Assembly: GCA_965263295.1 (NCBI GenBank)
Contig: OZ253665.1
Coordinates: forward strand, 1,792,001-1,856,000
From: Spirochaetia bacterium
GTDB lineage: Bacteria > Spirochaetota > Spirochaetia > SP-2023
Length of the DNA: 64,000 nt
Direction: 5' to 3'
This document shows positions 58,233-64,000 of this stretch, piece after piece (the stretch's first letter is position 1; every line of letters starts with the position of its first letter). The notes under the pieces were generated by a model. That model worked only from the letters and a program-made list of their open reading frames with translations, did not search any database and was not told the origin of the DNA. The translations under genes were made by a program, and so were the position numbers.

Positions 58233-60350
58233 ATGCAAACCTTAAGTCTGTGCATTGGCGCAGAAGAACTAATTATCGAGACAGGCAAAATGGCCCGTCA
58301 GGCCAATGGCTCTGTTTTGGCCCGTTACGGCGGATCGGCCGTGTTGGCCACCGTTTGTTGTAGCAGTGAGACTCGTGAAAATTTGGACTTTGTCCCCCTT
58401 TCTGTAGAATATAATGAACGTTATTACGCGGCGGGAAAAATCCCTGGCGGCTTCCTTAAGCGTGAGGCACGCCCTAAGGACAAAGAAATCCTGGTCTCTC
58501 GACTGATTGATCGACCGATGCGACCTCTTTTTGACAAGTCTTTTGGCAGAGAAATCCAGATTGTGCCGACGACAATCTCCACTGATATGGTCAACCCTCC
58601 CGACATTTTGGGTATGAATGCTGCTTTTGCAGCGGTGATGGTCTCTGATATTCCGTTTAATGGTCCGGTAGCTTCAGTGCGTGTGGTATGTCTATCTGAG
58701 AGCCAGGGGGGGGAGTACATCATAAACCCCAATTTTGAGCAAATCGAAAACAGTCAGCTGGAAATCGTTGTGGCTGGCAGCCACGATGGCATCTGCATGG
58801 TGGAAGGCAGTGCCAGAGAAGTTTCGGAAGAAGTAATGCTGCAGGCCATTCAGTTGGCGGAACGTGAAATTAAACGCATTTGTGACTTTATGCTCAAGTT
58901 GCAACAGCAGTGTGGCAAGGTTAAATTGCACTTGCCAGAGGGGCACAATCGAGATTTCCCTCTGCTGGCGAATATCCGTGAGCTCGCAACGCCCAAGCTG
59001 GAAAAAGCCTGTTTTGAGCCGACCAAGGAACGGCGTAATGCCGCCATCGGAGCCGTCAAGGCTGAAGTTTTACGAACTTTGGCTGCCGATTTGGAAACCC
59101 TAGCGGTCGAATACCCTGCCGTGTATGAACAAGCGGGCCGGGTCTTGCATGATATTGAGAACAATGTTGTGCGCAATTCTATATTGAACAAAGAGCTGCG
59201 TTGTGATGGCCGCAGACCTAATGAAATTCGTCCGATTGCAACTGAAGTTGGCATATTGCCTCTGACCCATGGGTCTTCGCTGTTTACGCGGGGTGAGACG
59301 CAGTCCTTGGGCTTGGTAACGCTGGGCAGTATTGCCGATGAGCAGGTCATAGATGACATTGATGGCGACCGCCGTGCTCGATTTATGCTGCACTACAATT
59401 TTCCACCATATTCCGTCGGTGAGGTCGGTCGTTTGACAACTGGGCGTCGCGAGATTGGGCACGGTCACCTGGCACAGCGTTCGCTGGAAAACGTATTGCC
59501 GGATAAAGAAAGTTTTCCTTACACCATGCGCGTCGTTTCGGAAATTCTAGAGTCTAATGGCTCTTCTTCTATGGCTACGGTCTGTAGTGGTTCTATGGCC
59601 CTGATGGATGCTGGCGTGCCGCTCAAGTCGCCTGTCGCCGGTATTGCGATGGGGCTCGTCACGGCGGTGGAAGGTGAGGCATTGCGTTACGCGGTACTTT
59701 CAGACATCTTGGGCGAAGAAGATCACTTAGGTGATATGGACTTCAAAGTCGCGGGTACGAAGGACGGCATAACGGGCTTCCAGATGGATATCAAAATCTC
59801 TGGTATTAGTCTGGAAATCATGACCAAGGCCTTACACCAGGCAAAGGAAGGCCGTATACACATTCTGGAACTGATGAGTCAAACTATTACCGAGGCCAGA
59901 AGGCAAACTGCCAATACGGCCCCGGCCGTCCTGACTCTCAAAGTTGATGTCGACAAAATCGGCGCCATCATTGGCCCAAGCGGTAAGTTTATTCGTGCCA
60001 TTTCCGAAGAAACGGGGGCGAAAGTGGATATAGCTAATGATGGTTGGGTTACGATTTTCTGTTCCCATCAAAGTGGGGCCAAAGCTGCAGAGGCCCGCAT
60101 CAAAGGGATGATCAGCGAACCCGAACCCGGAATTGTCTACAATGGTAGGGTCAAGCGCATTATGGATTTTGGTGCTTTCATCGAATTTTTACCGGGCAAG
60201 GAAGGGCTTTGCCATATTTCAAAAATCTCCAAAGTGCGTATCAATTCGGTAGCAGAGCATCTTAGCGAAGGGCAGGAAGTCCGTGTCAAACTGCTTGAAA
60301 TAGACCGCATGAACCGCTATAACCTCAGTATGGTAGATGCCAATAGCTGA
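58233..60350 (+). CDS. pnp: Polyribonucleotide nucleotidyltransferase (PNPase)
   Basis: ETGKMARQANG, AAGKIPGGF, RLIDRPMRP, SNGSSSMA, DHLGDMDFK, KH and S1 domains; start ATG 58233 after AAGGAG. Confidence 0.99.
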   Translation: MQTLSLCIGAEELIIETGKMARQANGSVLARYGGSAVLATVCCSSETRENLDFVPLSVEYNERYYAAGKIPGGFLKREARPKDKEILVSRLIDRPMRPLFDKSFGREIQIVPTTISTDMVNPPDILGMNAAFAAVMVSDIPFNGPVASVRVVCLSESQGGEYIINPNFEQIENSQLEIVVAGSHDGICMVEGSAREVSEEVMLQAIQLAEREIKRICDFMLKLQQQCGKVKLHLPEGHNRDFPLLANIRELATPKLEKACFEPTKERRNAAIGAVKAEVLRTLAADLETLAVEYPAVYEQAGRVLHDIENNVVRNSILNKELRCDGRRPNEIRPIATEVGILPLTHGSSLFTRGETQSLGLVTLGSIADEQVIDDIDGDRRARFMLHYNFPPYSVGEVGRLTTGRREIGHGHLAQRSLENVLPDKESFPYTMRVVSEILESNGSSSMATVCSGSMALMDAGVPLKSPVAGIAMGLVTAVEGEALRYAVLSDILGEEDHLGDMDFKVAGTKDGITGFQMDIKISGISLEIMTKALHQAKEGRIHILELMSQTITEARRQTANTAPAVLTLKVDVDKIGAIIGPSGKFIRAISEETGAKVDIANDGWVTIFCSHQSGAKAAEARIKGMISEPEPGIVYNGRVKRIMDFGAFIEFLPGKEGLCHISKISKVRINSVAEHLSEGQEVRVKLLEIDRMNRYNLSMVDANS

Positions 60351-60458
60351 GAATCTATACCTGCTTGCAGTTAACAATGTTTTTATCGTTACCATGAGCC
60401 CTATCGGCTGTGGGTTAATTCTCCATATTAATTTTAAGAAAGGAAATACAAGCTGTTA

Positions 60459-61220
60459 ATGATACGCCTTAAATCCGAAGAAGACATGGTTAAACTTCGC
60501 CTTTCAGGAAAAATACTTGCGGCTACCTTTCGTCACTTGGAGCCGCACCTCAAGTCTGGTATCAGTACTTGGGATATTGACCACATGGCCGACGAGTTTA
60601 TTCGCAGGCAGGGGGCCACCCCTTCATTCTATAAGTACCGAGGCTTTCCGGGACATATCTGCACTTCCGTAAATGAAGTCGTGATTCATGGTATCCCGAG
60701 CAAACAGCAAGTTTTGCGGCAAGGGGATATTGTAAGTCTAGATATTGGCGTAGACCTGGACGGTTATTTTACAGATTCAGCTAGAACCTACAGCATTGGC
60801 GAAGTTGCTGAAGCTGACCGCAAGTTGATAGAAGTGACCGAGCAGAGTTTGCTCCATGCTATTAATGGATTAACTCCTCCTAGCGGCAAGGGCCGGCTTA
60901 AGGATATAGGTAAGGCTGTCAGTCAGTTTGTCCAGCCTCACGGCTACGGAATCGTCGATAACTTTTGCGGGCACGGCGTCGGTTTTGCCGTGCACGAAGA
61001 TCCTTCGGTATTTAATTGTCACCCCTCGCCGGGGTTGAATCCCCGCCTCAAAGCGGGGATGGTGCTCGCGATTGAGCCTATGATTTGTCTGGGGACTCAT
61101 GAGGTGGAAGTCTGGGATGATGGTTTTACGGTGGTCACAGAAGACGGCAAAAATGCTGCGCACTTTGAACATACGGTCGCCGTGCACGAAGATTATATTG
61201 AGATACTGACTCAGGAATAA
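60459..61220 (+). CDS. map: Methionine aminopeptidase type I
   Basis: CTSVNEVVIHGIP, DIG..DSART, GHGVG..HEDP, AIEPM and AHFEHT. Confidence 0.98.
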   Translation: MIRLKSEEDMVKLRLSGKILAATFRHLEPHLKSGISTWDIDHMADEFIRRQGATPSFYKYRGFPGHICTSVNEVVIHGIPSKQQVLRQGDIVSLDIGVDLDGYFTDSARTYSIGEVAEADRKLIEVTEQSLLHAINGLTPPSGKGRLKDIGKAVSQFVQPHGYGIVDNFCGHGVGFAVHEDPSVFNCHPSPGLNPRLKAGMVLAIEPMICLGTHEVEVWDDGFTVVTEDGKNAAHFEHTVAVHEDYIEILTQE

Positions 61221-61241
61221 TGTCGATGCAGGATTTAAACC

Positions 61242-62972
61242 TTGTCGTTTAAGAGGAGAGCTATAAACTTGCGTCGGCTACTGCACATGCTGCAAAATGG
61301 TTTAGTGATTTTAATTTTGGCTTGGAGTCAGGGGACAGCCACTTTGCCGGCAGAGCAGACGGCAGGTTCCCAGACTGTTGACGGAGCCACCACGCACTCG
61401 GAGTCGTTGCCGGAGTCTGTGCAGCTTGCCGCAGAAACCGTAAAGCCAGCCATAAAGTCAATTGATGGACGTGGATTCCAGACAGCGCAGAGTTTGCAGC
61501 CTTATTCAGTCGCCGAGTTTCTGCCGACTGAGTCGCCAATATTTTACTGGGATATTAATCTCAAATATATCAATGATATGCATAACGGGAATTTGGTCAT
61601 TAGTATGGATGACCGTTATACCTATGGCGTGGAAAGCATCCTTGCCCTAAATAATTGGGAGCTGTTCTTTGGCTACCGCGCGTTGACAGACCGTTATGGC
61701 AGTAAAACCCGCACAGATGAAATGCAATTAGGCTTGCGCTATATTTGGGGCAATATTCTCAGTTGGCGACTGTGGCAAAATACTATGGGCCATTACAACC
61801 GCAGGCCAGATGCGCTCTACCGGCCCGATGAGCCTTTTTATCTTGGCCTCGCTCTGGCGGGCAGCTACTTTATGGCGGGCAATCTTTCGGGTCAGACAAT
61901 TCAGAATCAGCTACACGAACATAGTCGCGTTCCTAAGGTCTATGGTCAATATCTGGACAATTACAATGCCCTATCCTTGGCTGCTGAATTGTACTTTGCT
62001 TACACCTTTGATTTGCGATCTCTGTTGCCAACTTGGGAAATGCTCCGCCTTGAGCTGGGAGCTTCGGCGGCTGCCGAGACGGCTCTAGGGTACCACGAGA
62101 CCACACATTTGGGACTGCGGAGTAAGTTCTACAGTGGCAATCAGTACCTGCAGTTTGATTTCTACTTACAGCAGCTTGATTACTATGATGGTTTTGGTGG
62201 CTCAAACACGGTGGAAAAGATGTGGAGTGATACCCAAACTGCTTTTTGGCTATCTTTTAGTTCTCGCAGTGGCCTGTATCAACGGCGAGTGGATATGAGC
62301 CTGGGTAGCCTGAAACATTTGGACAACGAAGATTCCCAATCAAGCTATCCTTTTGGCTTTGGCAGCTTGGAACTGAGTTGGACCATGTTGCAGGAAAAGA
62401 AGGACTTCGTGCAGCCAGATTATTCCCAGTCATTGCTGATGGACTTCACCAATAATGGCTTAGTATTGGACCGCTTTGCTTTTTTCTTCTATTTGGCTGA
62501 TCGTATCCCCTCTGATTTTAGTATTCTTGCGATTCGCGATATTACAGGTGACCCTAAGCTTTTTGGAGGGAATAGTTTAGCTCGCAAAGCGGAAGCGGCC
62601 TGGCTGGGCATACTGGATTTCCGTAAGACATTCGACTTGAAGTGGTTTGGGTTTCTAGAATTGTATGCCGGCCTCGGTCCCGGGCTTATCACATTACAGT
62701 TTCCTACATCAATAGACCGAATATACCGCCGGCTTGACTCGCGGATTTCCTTGCAGTTTTTTACGATTGGAGGACAAGCCGGCTTGCGCTGGTATGGTTT
62801 GCAATTGCGTCGTGACGGAACTGTCTACGGCATTGAAGCTTCGATTCTAAGCCTGCTGCCTTTTAACGACATGGATAGCACAGTGCGCTTCGCCGAAACA
62901 AGGTTGCGCATTGATACTATGCAACCGCGCCTCTATTTTATGTTGGGGATATCTATTCTTACTGACTGGTAA
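61242..62972 (+). CDS. Putative outer-membrane beta-barrel protein with an LpxR-like N-terminal domain
   Basis: Signal peptide, alternating aromatic/hydrophobic beta strands, ND..D-x-YT-x-G and G..Q-x-x-x-H motifs, aromatic C-terminal residue. Confidence 0.6.
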   Translation: MSFKRRAINLRRLLHMLQNGLVILILAWSQGTATLPAEQTAGSQTVDGATTHSESLPESVQLAAETVKPAIKSIDGRGFQTAQSLQPYSVAEFLPTESPIFYWDINLKYINDMHNGNLVISMDDRYTYGVESILALNNWELFFGYRALTDRYGSKTRTDEMQLGLRYIWGNILSWRLWQNTMGHYNRRPDALYRPDEPFYLGLALAGSYFMAGNLSGQTIQNQLHEHSRVPKVYGQYLDNYNALSLAAELYFAYTFDLRSLLPTWEMLRLELGASAAAETALGYHETTHLGLRSKFYSGNQYLQFDFYLQQLDYYDGFGGSNTVEKMWSDTQTAFWLSFSSRSGLYQRRVDMSLGSLKHLDNEDSQSSYPFGFGSLELSWTMLQEKKDFVQPDYSQSLLMDFTNNGLVLDRFAFFFYLADRIPSDFSILAIRDITGDPKLFGGNSLARKAEAAWLGILDFRKTFDLKWFGFLELYAGLGPGLITLQFPTSIDRIYRRLDSRISLQFFTIGGQAGLRWYGLQLRRDGTVYGIEASILSLLPFNDMDSTVRFAETRLRIDTMQPRLYFMLGISILTDW

Positions 62973-62984
62973 AACCGGGTAAAA

Positions 62985-63026
62985 AAAGCGGCGCAGTCCG
63001 ATGATATCGAAGTAGTGCCGCTCTTT
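62985..63026. terminator. Probable bidirectional terminator between the OMP gene and pgk
   Basis: A-tract, agcggcgc...gtgccgct, T-rich tract. Confidence 0.6.
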
Positions 63027-63050
63027 CTCCGATTGCGCATCTGTGTGGAA

Positions 63051-64000
63051 TTATTTTTCCAGCACTTTGACGCCAGGAAGATCTTTGCCTTCAAGGTACT
63101 CCAGTGAAGCACCACCACCAGTGGAAACGTGGCTCATCTTCTCTGCCAGGTTAAACTTGTTTACTGCGGCAACCGAGTCGCCACCGCCGATAACGGTAAT
63201 AGCTTTGCCATGCCGTTCTGCGACAGACTTGGCAATGGATGAAGTGCCCTCTGCAAACTGATCAAACTCAAAAACGCCTACCGGCCCATTCCAGATAATC
63301 ATCTTGGCTGCATCAATCTCATTTTTAAAGATCTCAATAGTTTTGGGACCGACGTCCATACCCATGAAGTCATCGGGGATATTGACATCGTCGATAACTT
63401 CGGCTTTGGCATTTTCGTCAAATTTGGCGGCTACTTTGTAATCTAACGGCAGCACAACCTTGACACCTTTGGCTTTCGCCTTGTCCAAGAATGACTTGGC
63501 CGTTTCCATGTAGTCTGCTTCAAACAGCGAAGTCCCAATGGTATTTCCCAAGACCTTGCTGAAAGTATAGGACATGCCACCACCGATAATGAAGGTATCA
63601 CAGACTTCTAAAAGTTTTTCCAGTACTGAAATCTTGGAGGAAACTTTAGCGCCGCCAATGATTGCCAGGCAAGGGTGTTCGGGACTAGTCAGGACCTTAT
63701 TGAAGAACTCACATTCTTTACTCATTAAGAAGCCTGCTGCCGCAGGAAGGTGGTGAGCCACGCCCTCTGTCGAAGCATGGGCACGGTGTGCGGAGCCAAA
63801 GGCATCATTGATGTAAAGGTCGCCCAAGGCCGCTAACTGCTTGGCAAAATCTGCGTCATTTTTGGTTTCAAGCTTGCCGTAATAACGGGTATTTTCCAGG
63901 AGTAGGATTTCACCGGCTTTCAGAGCTTGGGCCGCCGATTCGGCTTTGGGACCGACGGACTCCTCACAAAAATATACGGGAGCCCCAGATAATTCGGCTA
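63051..64000 (-). CDS. pgk: Phosphoglycerate kinase, 3' part (the gene starts beyond the window)
   Basis: LLENTRY, INDAFGSAHRAHAS, GGAKVSSKI, WNGPVGVFE and HVSTGGGASLE; frame is open to the window end. Confidence 0.98.
   Translation of the reverse strand, partial: AELSGAPVYFCEESVGPKAESAAQALKAGEILLLENTRYYGKLETKNDADFAKQLAALGDLYINDAFGSAHRAHASTEGVAHHLPAAAGFLMSKECEFFNKVLTSPEHPCLAIIGGAKVSSKISVLEKLLEVCDTFIIGGGMSYTFSKVLGNTIGTSLFEADYMETAKSFLDKAKAKGVKVVLPLDYKVAAKFDENAKAEVIDDVNIPDDFMGMDVGPKTIEIFKNEIDAAKMIIWNGPVGVFEFDQFAEGTSSIAKSVAERHGKAITVIGGGDSVAAVNKFNLAEKMSHVSTGGGASLEYLEGKDLPGVKVLEK

Noticed and set aside
3075..59468. Numerous 60-245 aa ORFs antisense to or overlapping recognised genes (e.g. 3502-4239, 22764-23351, 27270-27842, 44127-44678, 56862-57137, 58850-59359)
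   Set aside because: Shadow ORFs of well-supported genes; no motifs or RBS
61370..61400. Flavinylation motif in TVDGATTHS
   Set aside because: Does not fit D-x-x-[ST]-G-A-[ST], and no apbE is nearby

Overview
This is a 64 kb chromosomal window, most likely from a spirochaete. That is an inference from the class I lysyl-tRNA synthetase, a tRNA-Lys(UUU) with a G2·U71 pair, and a fliK-flgD unit behind a sigma28-like promoter. Left arm (1-20.3 kb): kbl (partial), gcvT-gcvH-gcvP, avtA, rplM-rpsI, a fliK-flgD pair cut off from flgE, hydG with an AspA-like lyase and tyrS, an ABC-2 exporter, a DRTGG protein and a hybrid peroxiredoxin-glutaredoxin. Centre (about 20.3-48.3 kb) is an accessory mosaic. 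It holds a decayed FkbM/MFS/possible HExxH locus, a FecCD/BtuCDF-type ABC importer, TolC plus RND with no adaptor, a Bcr/CflA MFS, and a Zn/Mn ABC importer with an unannotated 40-aa membrane ORF. It also holds an aspartyl-peptide catabolic operon (aspA, DAACS, pepE, POT, pepD, truncated yfcC). A hydrolase cassette flanked by 79-bp direct repeats interrupts that operon, and two IS5-family remnants with intact outer ends bracket about 21 kb of the centre. ATP-grasp and C39 peptidase remnants follow. Right arm: HAD hydrolase, MMPL transporter, lysS (class I), ferredoxin, RNase HII-like protein, ndk, a rubredoxin missed by the ORF track, three tRNAs, pnp, map, an LpxR-like outer-membrane protein and pgk (partial). 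Short tandem duplications, mostly 12 bp, recur across genes and spacers. No CRISPR array, rRNA or intact integrase/transposase was seen. All family assignments come from motif recognition by eye; no searches were run.
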